Assembly: GCF_006345805.1 (NCBI RefSeq)
Contig: NC_043003.1
Coordinates: 73,780,001 to 73,844,000 of the forward strand
Reading direction: 5' to 3'
Source of the DNA: Octopus sinensis
Lineage: Eukaryota
DNA length: 64,000 nucleotides
The first letter of the stretch is position 1. The number at the start of each line of letters is the position of its first letter. Positions 13,974-28,504 of the stretch are shown piece after piece. Position numbers and translations under genes: made by a program. A model generated the notes under the pieces. The model did not search any database. It had not been told where the DNA came from and saw only the letters and a list, made by a program, of their open reading frames with translations.

Positions 13974-15565
13974 TCTTACATATTAAATCTGAAAGTATCT
14001 GTGTGTGCGTGTGTGTATCGGTATGTCCTAGTTTTGTGCTAAAAACTGTTCGACCGATTTTTCTTAAACTTCACACGCACATTACTTATATGTCTGGGGG
14101 AGGTCTTAAGTATAAATTGATTTCGAAAAAATGTACGGGTAAACGGCGGAGTAACAGTTTTTGTGCGCGGTTGAACGGCGGGCGTAATTATTTTAAAGCT
14201 TCCACGGGAAATAACCCATTCCCTCCTTCGAAATTATTTGGTAAAAATGAAATTGAGTATGGTTTCACGGAGACAATATACAACCTAGCGCTGGTTGAGA
14301 TTGAAAACAAGACTTTAGCTTTAGGCGGTGAGGTAATGCCCACTTACGGGCTTCTCCCTGCTGCAAAGCCTACCTCATATGATCTCTCGTGTGAGATTGT
14401 TCGGGAAACATATTACTACATTACTGAACTATCCGCATGTGTACAGATCAATGAGGCACTCCTGCTACCTGACCAGAAGCACGTCTACGACAATATCGTT
14501 CCGCAAATCCTGGGTCGTAAAGGTGGCATTTTCTTCCTTAACGCTCCTGGCGGGACAAGCAAAACGTTCGTAACTAGACTCGTTCTTGCAAGAGTAGCTG
14601 TGGAAACTTCGAGTTTAGCTACTACCCCGCTCCCTGTCGGTAGGACTGTACACTTTACGTTTAAGCTTCCCCTTAAATTCGCAAGTTCACTAACACCTGT
14701 TTGCAACATTTCAAAGACGTTGGACAACGAGCAATTGCTCCTACAATGCCTACAGACTTTTTGGAATGAATGCACAATGGCTCACAAGGGCGGCCTTGAG
14801 GAAGGAATTAGATAGAACTTTGCGAGACATAAAGGAAAGCCACGAACCGGTGCAGGGTGTCACTCTCTTGCTATATGGGAATTTTAGACAAACCTTGCTA
14901 GTGATTGCGAAAGGCACAAGGGTGGATGAAGTAATGGCGTGTCTTAAGTCTTCACTTCTATGGGGGTCAGTTTGCTACTTTAATGTTAGAATCCAACGTG
15001 AGCGCGCCTCTATGAGGAGCTATTGTCAGAAGATTTCATGAGGGACATTCTCCTTGGCGATGGTGAAGTTCCAGAAGATGGAAATGAATATGTTGATATA
15101 AGTAACATTTTCACAATAGCCAGTACTATCCATAGTCTTCAGGACCAGGTCTTCCCAGGTCTAGAAGTCCACAACGGAGATCTAGATATTGGCTTTGCCA
15201 AAGAGGCATTTTGGCTCCTACAAATGTTGTTCAATAGTACACGCCTTATTATCGCAAAATTAGTTCCCAATGTCATTGAAGTGACGATTATGACAGTCTG
15301 TGGTAAAGGTTAAGACGTTTTCAAACTGCGAACTCCCCTTGCGCCTTCGCCTGCTGACTTGCCGTTCACATTCCGCAGAGTGTAGTTACCGATTAGACTC
15401 AGTTACGTCATATCCATTAATAAGTCCCTGGGGAGGTCGTTGTCTGTCGTTGGACTTTACTTTGCCAAACCATGCTTTTCACACGGTCAACTGTACGTTG
15501 ACTGCTCAAGAGTGGGTTGTAAGAATTTTTTTCATGCTTTCATCCCACAGTGGAAAAGTAAAAAT
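13974..15565 (+). mobile_element. Internally deleted Helitron with degenerate PIF1-type helicase
   Basis: A|TC 5' end (atcttacatattaaa...gtgtgt...ccgattttt). Helicase motifs GGIFFLNAPGGTSKTF, GRTVHFTFKLP, (D)ECTM, LLYGNFRQ, INKS.G.SL and HGQLYV..SR (15400-15515), ending KEVL* near 15565. 3' terminus not located. Confidence 0.85.
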
Positions 15566-16989
15566 GTTTCTAAGGAAGTTTTGTAAACTTGCAGTACTGG
15601 CTCTATAATTCAATCCTACGTTATTACTGTTATAATTTCTGTTGCTTTATTTTTCACTTGATTGTTGTAATATTACACGTGCAGTTCCCTGAAAGAGTTA
15701 TTGAGTAGTTTGGTTAATTTATAAATATTCACTCCCCCTAAATGAATTAATTTGTGTGTAGATTTTATGTATCTTATTTTATGTTTATTCTATATCATCT
15801 CTGTATTTATAATTTTCAGTTCAATTACCTATTACTAATTTACTGATTAATTCTATCATCTAAAAACATATATTAAGTAGTGGCAACAAGCTGAATTTTT
15901 TCTTTCCTAGAATTAATCAGTTTATGCTTAAAGTTTGTAATTCGAAAAATCTCTTCAGTACATAATTGACATTTCTTATCTGAAATTTGATAAGCTCTGC
16001 CATTGCGTACAACCTTTCATAATTTTCCCCATTATCTTTTAACATCCATATAAATGTGAATGTAAATATAAACCATTAAAATAGTAGTTGAATAATATTC
16101 TTAGGGCCGAAATTTACTCACACGCAGCTTTTTTAGAGCTTTGTCGCTAAATAAGTTCTTAACGAAATTGAAAACTGTTAACATTTTTGAAGAAGGCTTC
16201 TCCTTAGCTACAATTTGGCATAGACTAGTAGAAAAAAGTTTACATTAAAATTTGTAGCATCGTTATGGAAGAGTAACGCCTCCAATCAAATTTAGATCTA
16301 AATAACTTTTTTTTATTTTAAAAGCAAAATATACTTATCTTAGCTTCAATGATAGAATAAACGTATGAAATCTATATAAAAAATGTTGTGAGATAAAATA
16401 TCATGAAAAAATATGCCAGGAAAAAAAACTGGATTTAAGTATAATCAAGGTCTTAGTTTAAGAGCAAACTATATTTTTTTATTGAACTTAAAAGATAAAG
16501 ACCAATTCGAGGAATTTCATTGTGTCAATCTGATGCAATGAAATTTTAAAAGAATAAAGCAATGATTGTTTCTTTCTCAAAGTTGATGGTGATAATATAG
16601 TTCTATGTTTTTTTATGAATATAGTTCTATAAGAGACTTGTAATATGCCGCCGGCATCATTGAGGTGAGGAAAAAATTATCAGCGACACCGCCAATTTGC
16701 AATTAATTTAATTACGTCATCAAAATTAATGCAATTATATCATTAAAATGAGAAAAATTAAAATATTATTTAGAAATTTTAGCAATAGCCTAGTCATTTT
16801 GGCATTCATTCGTTTTAACTCGAAGGTGTGTGAGCGCAGTTTAGCTGTTACCTTACAGCGTTCGGTATATTACGTAAAAAAAATTTTATTCAGTTATTTT
16901 CTGAGTGGAAACATACATTTTGTTTGAAGTCAGCATAAAGTGAAAGAGGGAAAGAAAATGGACATGGGAGTGTGTATGTGTTGATAGGG

Positions 16990-17169
16990 GTTGCTAGACA
17001 GAAAGTGTATGTTGTGTATGTACGTATACCTGTGTGTGAGAGAGAAAGAGAGTGACAACGTAGATCGTTATTAATTTTTCTCGATTCTTTTTCATTGAAT
17101 TTGTGAGTGATTGACTGAGAGAGAGCGAAGGTGTGTGATGCTTGTATGTGTGTGTGTGTGCGCGTGTGA

Positions 17170-17211
<42 letters not shown>

Positions 17212-17533
17212 CAGCGTAAATTTTACTCAGCTACTTATACATACATGCAAAAATTTAATTGCCACGAGAACACATACCTTTACTCAGTGACTGACCTTTC
17301 TTTCTACCTCACACGCACACATAAAAAAACATGTATACGTATGTATTTACGCCTCTACGTGTATACGACAGATAATGGGTGTACGTATGCGTTTGTATGC
17401 ATGTGTGACCGACCCTAGTCATTTTACACATACATGACAACACACCTCTCTCTCTCTGTCTCTCCGTCAATTCCTCACTCACTAACTCACTAAAAACAGA
17501 TGTGAGTAAAATTAAATAAATAAACACAATTTA

Positions 17534-17577
<44 letters not shown>

Positions 17578-17760
17578 AAACACACATCCCTCCCTCTCTC
17601 TATCTCTCTGACAACACATCTCTCTCTCAGTCAATCACTCACATACTCAAAAAAGATGCGACGAAAAAATGTACAGTGTCACTTTCTCCCTCTCGCTCAC
17701 AAACACACAGACACACCAACAGGAACAGCAACATACACCATCTCTCTCTCTCACACACAC
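16990..17760. repeat. Imperfect inverted-repeat (foldback/MITE-like) relic rich in (GA)/(CA)
   Basis: gtgagtgattgactgagagaga (about 17103) is the reverse complement of tctctctcagtcaatcactcac (about 17620); gcgtaaatt (about 17215) pairs with aatttacgc (about 17528). Confidence 0.5.
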
Positions 17761-17880
17761 ACATAGACACACACTTTAAATTTATTATTCAATTTCAATT
17801 AAGGTAAAATTTTAAATTATTAATTGACACATTATTAATTAGCATAACAGCATAGCCTGGAAAACAATGATTACATAGCA

Positions 17881-18593
17881 AAATACGAGCATGAGAAACA
17901 CTATTCTTAAGATTATAAAAGTACAGGATAAGTTACTACACTTGGAAAAGTTCAGGACGAGTTATTACATCTGGTAAAGTACAAAATAAAGGAACCATTA
18001 TTTTGTTTAAATACTGACACACTAGAATACTTAAAAAAAGGAGAGCCAGAAGTATCAATATATCTATAAAGTTTTATACAAAGTAGAATAGTGTATATGG
18101 CAGGCAAATTCATTATACAAAAAATCGGCATTTGGTCAAGACTAGAAATGTGAAGTCTTAGCAATAACTAAGGCAGTAAGTCAAGCAAATTTTAATATGA
18201 ATTTGTCGTTATATTCTATCTATTTATCGTACTAACTAATTATGTACTACTGTTGCTTTTTATAACCTATTTTCAAATTTCTAATTATTAATTAATAATT
18301 AAAAAAAAATTAATTGTGTTATTTTTATATTTTGATAATAATAACAAGTAACAAGAAATAGAAGTAATAACTTGTAATATTTTTTTTTAGTTTTAATAAA
18401 ATCTATTACTTTCTAAATCTAAATATTTTAATTGAAATTTTATCCTTAACTGCAATGTTTTAAGTAACAATATTCTTGTTCTGTACTTTAACAGGCGTAA
18501 ATAACATGTCCTGAACTTTTCCAAGTGTAATAACGTATCCTCTTCATTTCCAGGTTTATAATCTTAGGACTATAATTTCTCTTGCTCGCATTT
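17881..18593. mobile_element. MITE/foldback-like element with about 100-bp imperfect terminal inverted repeats
   Basis: 17881-17982 is the reverse complement of 18482-18593 (for example acacttggaaaagttcaggac vs gtcctgaacttttccaagtgt); AT-rich non-coding interior. Confidence 0.65.
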
Positions 18594-18910
18594 CCCCATG
18601 TAATATCAACGAATATGCAAACGAACACACACGCTCACACAAAATATAGACATGCTTTTATATTAGTCTAAACGTACGCAGAAATATATATGCGTTACCG
18701 CTCACATAAACGTAACCATATAATGTTATATAATATAACTACGAATACATGTCTAAATATAAATAAAAGTATAATTACTTTAATAAACATATACTAATAT
18801 GCTTATATACTTACGAAACTAATAAAGTAAGTTAAGAAGGGAACACACACACACAAACACATTCACACACACACATACACACACATATACACACATATAT
18901 ATATATATAT

Positions 18911-21419
18911 GTTTCTTTATTAGCCACATAGGGCTGCACACGGACGGGACAGATTACAAAGTAGAGCTTTTCTTTTGGGGGAGGAAAACAATTGGGGTAG
19001 GTGTTCGATCAGTAGGGATCGTGCATCACAGAGTCATGATGTAGAGTTAAAGGGGGAAGCAGATAAGGTTTATCCGTGGAAAGAAAAGCCTCCGGAAAAG
19101 ACTACGGTAACCTCGGTCAATAATGTCACATGTTAACACATTTATTTGCAAGTAGGTAACCCTCTGTTTTAAATTTTTCCGGGTTCATAGGATTATGCTC
19201 AAGGTGGGTTCGTTATTCATACATGCCATCCTTGCTACGTTCACCCATCACTTTTTAAAACATTCGCTAGACAAAACTTGCCTCTCTACTCTCACTTTCC
19301 TTTTCAAGTGATACTTGAAGAGGTTGATGAGAGATTGACCAGAGAGGAAAATGTTTGTCTCCAATCCTTTCGGATGTGTATACCAGATACATTCTTTCGC
19401 CATAGCAACAAGAATGATGTAAATAGCTCTACCTTCCCGCTTGTAGGAAGGAGGCGTGACAATATTGATGATAGACTCGGCTGATAAACCGACTCGTCCC
19501 ACACGTGACAGCAGTCGTTCGACATAAGCCCACAGGTCGGAAATTGTTGGACATTACACGAGTGCGTGCAGAACGGTTTCGTCGCTCTGACCGCATCTCG
19601 GACAGGTCGGTCCTGTGTTTCTCGAGCCGTGTCTGTAGAGTTTATCCCGAACGGGTGGCGCTTCTCGGTAGCACTGCCAGGCCAGGGATCTCTGGAAGTT
19701 GTCAATGGGCCCTGGCCCGAAAGTCATCCTGAAACAGGCGGGTCAGGTATTCTTCGTCGACGTCCTAGTTCGCCCCGAGCTCGTCATCGTACCTCCCCTC
19801 CACTAATCCCCTATAGAATGCTTTGGTTCTGTTGAAGTCACTGAAGATCGTCCCGGGACGGCATAGATGCTTGAGAGCAACGCGACACTCGCGGTGCCAT
19901 TCGTCCTTCCTCGGCCTCTTTTTGATCCACAACTGCAGTTCGGTCATGGAGACGAGTTGCGAGAAGGTGTGCCTCACAAACGGCGACCACAGCTGTTTAC
20001 CGTTGTCTACGTAGAGCCTCAGATATCACAGTCTCAGCGCATGTTTGCGCATCATCAACCACGGCATGCCCAGTCCTCCTTTTAACGGGTGTTGACAGCA
20101 AATAGATCGCCTGACCATCGGGACCCATCCTCTCCACAGTAAGCGAAAGAGAATGCGTTCTAATTTAGTGATGTTAGGGTCGGGACAAAGCACGACGATC
20201 AGGCGGTAGTAGATGACGGATGCGATGTTTGTGTTCACCACCTCCGCCCGACCTTTTAGGGACAGTTTCCTCTCGGCCCATTGCCGGGCGAGACTGAACG
20301 CCCTACTCGTTATCTCGTTCCAGTTTTTCTCCATTTGGAGGTCCGGACCAAACCAGACCCCTAGCAACTCGACCGGACCGTCGGTCCAGCGTCCCACGAT
20401 GGAGGCGTTGGTAGACGGCATGGGCTTGTTTCTCCAGGTGCCGAGCCGCAAGCCCACTGATTTTTCCCGGTTGATTTTCGCTCCTCTCACCGCTTCGTAG
20501 TCTTTCAGTGTCTCGCCAACCAGCTCGATGTGCTCGTGGCTAGACACTATGACGGTGACGTCGTCCGCGTATGCAGACACGCTCGTCCTGCATCCCAATT
20601 CTCGCGGGATGCCCCTCAGAGTTGCCAGCTTCCGCAATAAAATCTCGAGAGACAATACGCTGAGAAGTGACGAGAGGGGGCATCTCTGACGGACCGAACG
20701 TGCAATGTTGAAAGGTATCGATAGATGTCCATTAACGCGAATTACCGAACGGATACCTCTGTACTAAGCGGTTATACAACCGCGGAAGATGGAACTGAAA
20801 CCAGCTGCTCTGAGGACAGCCTCCAAGTATCGATGGTCTACCCTATCGAAAGCTTTCGATTGATCCAAATTGATCAAGGCCCCACCAATGCCAGGTTCCT
20901 TAACTTCTTTGTCTATGATGTAGCGCATCAGATGAAGGTTTTCATGGATGCTCCGGCCCGGCACGGAGCACGATTGCGCATTCTCGACCAGTTTTTCGAT
21001 GACAAGCGCCAACCTCTTGGCTAACACTTTGGCCAAACTTTTCAAGTCTGCATTAAGCAGAATGATGTGCCTAAAGTTATCTATTACATCCCCTTTGTTT
21101 AGATCTTTCCTCAGCAGTGTTACGGCTGCTCGGCTCACAAAACCAAGGATGCTCCCGTTTTGCTGCCAGTTGCAGTACACCGCTGCTAAGACGTCTCCAA
21201 ACAAGTCTGGCATACAACTGTAAAGCTCGTAGGGTAGACCATCCAAAGCTGACGATTTGTCCCTCGAGCATTCTGCGATCGCGTCCCGCACTTCCACCAC
21301 CGTGATGGCACCTTCGCAGCGCCCTTCCTCTCTTGTCGAGAGTCGTGGCAGGCTGTGTAGGTAGGCACTGAAGTCCACCCTACGTTCTTGCCCGCCACTC
21401 GTCCCGAAGAGTCCTTTCA
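18911..21419 (-). mobile_element. 5'-truncated Tx1/L1-clade LINE, degenerate
   Basis: RT motifs DGLPYELY, FRHIILLNADLKSLAK, LDQSKAFDRVDH and YADD; KLSLKGRAEVVN; GGLGMP; C-terminal zf-RVT CPRCGQSDETVLHALV*C (about 19550-19604). 3' end AATAAAGAAAC next to (AT)n/(GT)n. Confidence 0.92.
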
Positions 21420-21622
21420 GATAGAAACACACAAACACACACACGCACTCATACACACACGCTATCTCTCTCGCTTTCTCCCCATTCCTAACCCTCATGT
21501 ACTATCTTATATCTCTCTCCACCCCTACACACTCAATAATACTATAAAAAGAGAGAAAATTCCTGCAAAAGTTCAATTTGACAACTCCACTAGAGTGGAT
21601 GAATGCGCTATTATATGATATA

Positions 21623-21928
21623 TCTTTATATATAAAATTGAAGTTGTGTGTGTGAGAGTTTGTCTCCTCCGATTTAGATTCCTAACTACTCCCATATTTT
21701 GCGTTGCAGTTTAACCAAAAGCGAGTATCTTATAGTCGTCATTCATATCGAGCCCTTCTGGGTATTAGCGCCCGTCTACGATGAGTCTACGATTTGAAAA
21801 AAAATTACCATAATTTTTCCGCATTTTTAATGATTTTTGCTCGGGTTATATAAGGGAAGTAACTCTCTAAAAATGCCTATATAGTTATTTCCCTTACAAA
21901 CCCGGGCAACGCCGGGCGATACTGCTAG
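21623..21928 (+). mobile_element. Non-autonomous Helitron (306 bp)
   Basis: A|TCTTTATATATAAAA 5' end, subterminal hairpin CCCGG-gcaacg-CCGGG (21901-21916), CTAG 3' end. Confidence 0.8.
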
Positions 21929-21934
21929 GGATTC

Positions 21935-22043
<109 letters not shown>

Positions 22044-22159
22044 GTACGTGTATATATGCATTAGTATATATAAATATATACACATAATTATATGTATATA
22101 TTTGTTTTATATATATATGTATATATGCATGTATGTATGTATGTATGTATCTCACTCTA

Positions 22160-22227
<68 letters not shown>

Positions 22228-23124
22228 ATTTTCCAGAATTGCATACATTTTCTTAAAGAATAAGTAGTCATGTATAGTGACTACAGATATCCTTATACCT
22301 GAATTTAAAAGTTTTGTTTGTAGAATCGGATGTCTAAAAATTATGGTAAAATCTGATTTTACAGGATTACACATCGTGTTATTAAATGCTCCTCATGAAG
22401 CATGCGTGTTTCTCCAGTACACGTAAAATAATTTAATGACCCTATATTTACGCGGAAATCTATGTGCATCGTTATGTTATAATATATAGTTCATTACGAT
22501 GCATTATTCAAACAAGGAAGATTTTTTTTAAGAAATGTTAGTGTGTAAGTAGAAATTGAATATAGATTATCGAAAATATGAAATATTGCATTCAATCACC
22601 GTTTCATAAGTTTATTTCAAGGTGGCAAAATAAATTCTCCCAAGTAATGTTTTAAAACAAATCAAAATGCGTTGAAGGATATGATAGAGTGACTTCCTAA
22701 ACGGACACAATAGGAACTATTTAGAGAAGACTGTATGCACACGCATTATTGAATATTGTTTTAGAGAAAGCATGAATGAGAAATCTAACACGATATGCAC
22801 GTAACAATGGATGTAAACTCTATTCCACGAAATAAGTGAAATACATTGCCTGGTGATCCAATGATAATGTCAAAAAGCACGTTTTATAATGTTATATATA
22901 AGCAATAATCCTTTTTACTATAGGCACTATGTCCTGAATTTTGGGTTTGTGTGTGTGTGGGGTCAATTGCAACAAACCCGTTACTTGACTGGTATGTCTT
23001 CTATTAACGCTAAAAGAATGAAAGTGTCAATACAAGTGAGTGTATGTGCGTGAGTATGTGTGTATGTGTTTGTATTATGTGTGTGCGTGTGTGTGAAAGA
23101 GAGAGAGAGAGAGTATATTTACAC

Positions 23125-23515
23125 AGGAGAGTGGGCTGAAACGTTCATAGGCTATGAAGAAATGATACTATAACTATGAAATCCTATATGCATTAATTTC
23201 AACGCCTGTTATAAATAACCACATCGTTTCTATCCATATGCGTAGACCTCTGACTCTTCAAAGAAAATTTCAGATTAACTAGTAGCGACTTAGCTTGTTA
23301 GATTGGCAGCTGCAAAATGAATAAATAAATAATATAAATAAATAAAAAAGGAGTTTCGCTTGGAACTAGTATTGCAATGATGATGGCGTTATAGTTCTTA
23401 TTGAGTATTTTCAGCAACGGAATGAAAGCTTTTTCACCAATAGGATTGAAGCACTGCGACACTTATGGAAGCAGTATATGTGGACCACAAGGGGAGTTAT
23501 GTCGAAAACATTTCT
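23125..23515 (+). mobile_element. Internally deleted mariner relic
   Basis: TIR-like gggctgaaacgttcataggct. C-terminal transposase residues FFTNRIEAL..LWKQY/VDHKGSYVE resemble the mariner FY..GI..L..RW..C....G.YVE terminus. Confidence 0.55.
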
Positions 23516-24519
23516 TTGCATACATTTCATGAGAGTATCTTGGTTAGCCAATGATATTATTAGCCGACACTTTTACGTACTACATATAAATATACATACT
23601 ACTTTTTGCATGTTTTCTCATTTATGTACATACATATATGTGTGTGAGAGAGTATTTATAGGTGTATCTATGCGTGTGATAGAGTATCACGGAATCGATG
23701 AGACTGCCTGCTGCTGTTGAATATCGTTAGCCGAAAGGCACTTTCCCGTATTGTTTTAGCATTGACGTCACCTCACTAGCTCAACGAGCAGGGCAACATT
23801 CGATCTGAACGTAATGCCAGCCATCAAAATTTCCAGCTGTGGAGACTAGCGTAATGTGAAATGTAGTGTTTTGCTGCGAGGCGTAATCAGATTGCTATTT
23901 CGACGACAATTATTATTTGGGAAATATCGCATCCGCAATAGGTAATCCACCGTGGGGTACAGAGGACTTCGGTCACATCGTTGACGGCGAAGTAAGGTAG
24001 GGCGATGTAATATATCGATGTACATGTATATATGTATATGTACGTGTGTGTATGTGTGCAAATTAAAACATGCAAACATCCACGCACGCACACAGACATA
24101 CGCTCATATATATGTATCTGTGTGTACACGCATGCATGTACGCGTGTGCATCCCCCACATATATATGTATACACACATACATATATGTATAATTGTATAC
24201 CAGTATATATATACATATACATATACAGTTATTCATATGTGTACATGAATATGTGCATATATATATAAGTGGCTGTGTACATACATCTACACACATCCGC
24301 GCATGTGTATACAGGCGTGCGTGCATGTGTATGCATACCAGTGTGTGTGTGCCGTGCGAGCATGTATGCATAAGCGCATAAATATACATACATATATATA
24401 CATATGTAGGCGCGCACACACGAACTTCCGTGAAGCACCTGGATATCCATATATGTATGTTCCTGTGCGTATGTTTATATACACGTATGGGTAGAGATAG
24501 GGGTTGAGTGTATGTTGGT

Positions 24520-24805
24520 AGACAGACATGAACAAGCGTTGGGGATTGGTGATTGGTGTCCTACTCATGGTGGTTGGTTGGTGATGGCGAAGGTGATGCT
24601 GGTGGTGCAGTTTGTGCAGAGGAACAGCTGGAACTAAGGTGATATGTCCGGGTTGTCGGCGGCCAGTGGCTTGAAATTTGCCAGAAAAGCATACTTCTGG
24701 TGACAGCAATTGGATAAGTCGTATTTCTTGTTGATGGATACTGTGGATTGGTAGAGGATATACAGTGTTTAGCGGAAGCAGGGCTAGCAATTACAGGCGC
24801 TTAGT
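24520..24805 (-). mobile_element. Possible degraded Penelope-like ORF fragment
   Basis: LPLNTVYPLPIHSIHQQEIRLIQLLSPEVCFSGKFQATGRRQPGHITLVP resembles the RT-to-GIY-YIG linker of PLEs (PLV.TYHP...LL......F.....A.RR.PNL..LLV); weak similarity judged by eye. Confidence 0.3.
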
Positions 24806-25393
24806 GAATATGGTGGAACCTTATCGATAATGATCTCTCTATACTTGAGATTTGGTCCTTACACAACTGGACTCAACACTCCTTAACCATGGCCTTATAT
24901 TTCATCATACACGCTCAATTTATGACTATCCGATTGAGTTATGCGACACAGACTCAATGTGGTCTCCTGAATTATTCTTCTGTAACTACCTTTCCTGATA
25001 TTTTCACCATCTTTTGCATTGAAGAGAATATTAATACATAATTATATTAATTTAATTTAATTATAATTATAATTATATAATTTTTTCATCTTTCTTATAT
25101 GTTGGTGTTATCATTCGAAGAGATCGTATGCATGGTTTAAAATTTTATAAAACATTTAACACCTTCTCTTCTCCATTTTTAATTGTTTGTTGTGTTTATA
25201 TAGGATACGTGTTCTATAAATGCTCATAACATACCGTATGGTTGTTATAGTTTCATATTTTTTTTATAAATACTTACATTAGAAAGCTACAATTTTAATA
25301 TGAAGAATCTTTATTAGAAATCTCACTTTGGACCGCGCCAAAAAGCAAAAATGTTCTAATTGAAGTCAACTTTTCTCATACTCACACACACAC

Positions 25394-25460
<67 letters not shown>

Positions 25461-25931
25461 TCCCAGATTTTTGAAATGGCGACTGGACTATGTTCATTTG
25501 GAATTTCAATTTTATGTTAGACCAGAATAAATATTTATAAAACGTGAGTATTGCTGAAAGATTCTTCCAAACTATCGACAGTTTTTTTTTGTAAATTTAC
25601 TGAAGTAATCTCTGTGAATTAAGTCTGTGTACTGTGCATGAACTACAGGTATACTTTTTGGTCTGGCATTACGATTACTTACCACTAGACGACTAATGTA
25701 AATGAAAGTCTACGCATTATTTGACAACACATTTACTTGTCTGATAGCTGTATTTATTTGTCTATATTTACGTATCTCATAACACTTTATTTGTTTACAA
25801 ACAGTCAACTCTCATTTCTTTGTCGCAAACCAATCAATGTCTGGTCGTTTGCTGTCAGCAGACGAAACGTAAGTTCATGTTGCGTCCTTCAAAGGAAGCC
25901 GTTGAAGTGTCGTCTGTATATTCATTTCTAT

Positions 25932-26112
25932 TAGAAGTACCAGCCGAACGATTTGGTGGAAGGAGACTCGTCGATCTCATCTACTCCAGTGTTTGGCCAC
26001 TAAGGATGAAATGCAAATTCGACCTCTGCGGATTTTAAACTGAGAACATAAAGAAAGGCGAAATTACGCTAAGCATTTTGTCCGGCGTGCTAACTATTCT
26101 ACCAACTTACTG
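25932..26112 (-). mobile_element. SINE family B
   Basis: Reverse complement of the family B head and core (aagcattttgtccggcgtgctaac...ggatgaaatgcaaattcgacc). Confidence 0.7.
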
Positions 26113-28152
26113 TTTTAACTGGCCTATGTATTGAATCATGCTTGTACTGCAATTATCTTTCTATTCATAGGTCAGCAATAACTTACATCCTTATGGTTAA
26201 GTGGGAATGTTTCGAGATTTAGAAAAGGGAAATTCGAGTGTCTTGTTGATAATTTACCTTCGGAAATTAGAACAAAACCAAATGAAAAACAAACGAAACC
26301 GTATTGCAACCTCCTTTCTGTCAGGATTTAGAAGATGAACGTCTTGTAGTGGATATAGAAAACTCGGACAACATGTAGAATTTTCAGTTCTGATTGACGA
26401 TTGTGTTAAACTACACTGTGTGTCATGCATACTTTGATTTAGATGAACATGGATATGTGTGAAAGGAAATTGCTTCCTTAGCTAGTTGTGGAACATAGCC
26501 TGTGTTGAGATATCTACAGGGAACCCATTGAATGCTAATAAGAAGTATCATGCATGCGGAAGCAAATTTGTAGAACTGTTTGAGCAGTGGTAAAAATGCC
26601 TTTAATATCCCTGCCGGTCCTTTAATTTCTGAATCTAAACAGCGTAGAGACCACCTATGTCTATTAAGGTGCAGAGACATTAAATAGAGTGCCAGTCATG
26701 TACGGAACTGATGTAATCGACTGACCCCTACCTAATCTTAAATACTGCTGGTTTCGTACCTAAATGAGAGATAACTAGGCCTTGAAAACTTGAAGGAAAT
26801 AACATTTCACTTATAACTAATCTTTAGAATGTCTTACATAGTTAGAATCTCGTAGTTGTTTATAACATACATGTACATCGCCATACATTACATCTAAAAT
26901 AAAACGCATCTAGCTTCCTTCAGATGATTTTTTTTAAAGAATATTTATCTCATTATTCATAGTAAAACCTTTAGAAAGGATGATGATATTTTATCATCTT
27001 GTAAAAAGTAAATACAAATATTAACTTGAAATAGTGATTCATTTTGTGTCATAACATTAAATTATGCAACACACGTCAAGTAATGTACGGCTAAAATTTA
27101 TTCTTAAACGTTTTAGTTGGAATGATGAATGTATCTCATGAAACTATTAATTTTTCTTTCATTGTTACCGCTTTTAAGATGAATTTAAACTACATAAACC
27201 TACTTTGAAATATAAACACATATACACGCTAACACACAAACACACACACACACACACACATACACGCGTACACACACACATTCAAACATATAAAAATGCA
27301 TATATTCACACTCATATATGTGCCGGCACAGATGAACCCACCCTTTTTTTATTATCAGTTTTTTTTTCATGTTTTTCATTGTGTTCCTCACATATTCTTT
27401 TGGACAGTACAAATTCTAATTCCTTCATCCCGAAATCATATTTTGTGAATCGTTGCCAACATGCTTTTCCACTTTTAAGGTTGATGTGTATAACCTGAAG
27501 TAAATTTCACTGCTATTTCTAACAAGTTCAGTGATGAGACTGAACATCTAATAGAAAAGGGGAGTAAGTCTACATTGCAGAAAATGATTGCTAATATTGC
27601 CTGCATAATGGGCAATACTTAAGCTCGTAAACGTATCGGTAAATTAAATACTGAGCAACCTGCATATCAAGGTGCACCAACTCCTTTAATAACATAGGAT
27701 AGTGTCCATAACTAATGCGATGAAGCACAAAATGTTAATTCCTTATAATCTGTTATGAAACTCAAAATCATTTGTTAATATGTTCTGATCATAAAAAAGG
27801 AGACAAACTCAAATTTATAGAGGATTTATCAAGATTAGAGTAATGACTACGTTTAATGTTTCAAGTTTCTCCTTTTCTTTTGTTTAGCATAGTTAATACA
27901 GATGGAGGTCAAATCGCCAGAGACTACTTGTCAATGTGTTTATCAGATACCCAAAGCTATCTGTAGTTATTTAAGAAGGTGTAAGTGATATACGGGTAGA
28001 ACAAATATTACCATATACGTTACATTTCATTAATTGCTAATAGAATTACTTGCAAAATCTTTATAAAAATTCCAAAGAATTTTCTACTTCTAATATATTA
28101 TTAAAAGAGATTCAGCAAATATTATTCTGTGAAGCTAAGCGCATAATTAAAG

Positions 28153-28195
<43 letters not shown>

Positions 28196-28434
28196 CATAT
28201 ATGCATACATACATACATGCATACATACGTACATACATGCATACATGCATACATACATACATACATATTTACACACATGTATATAATGAATGAGGTAGCC
28301 AGAAAATCATATTTCACGAGAATCTTTATTGATGACGATGATAGTTTCGACCCATCTTCGAACGGTCGCTTGCAGGTTGTATGAATAGATATACATACAC
28401 ACACAGACACAGACAAACAGACAGACAGACACAC

Positions 28435-28465
<31 letters not shown>

Positions 28466-28504
28466 AACATACACATACACACACTCACATATAAGTAGCG
28501 TGCG

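Noticed and set aside
23720-24010. CpG-richer unique segment with a plus-strand donor (gaa|gtaagg)
   Set aside because: No convincing acceptor and no recognisable peptide.
24528-24584. Signal-peptide-like mini-ORF MNKRWGLVIGVLLMVVGW
   Set aside because: It stops after 18 codons and is better explained as the antisense of a decayed element.
28295-28385. Hammerhead-like motif on the minus strand (GACC...GGTC-GAAAC...GTC)
   Set aside because: The CUGANGA core is broken (ctgcaagc) and stem I does not pair; at most a highly decayed pLTR relic.
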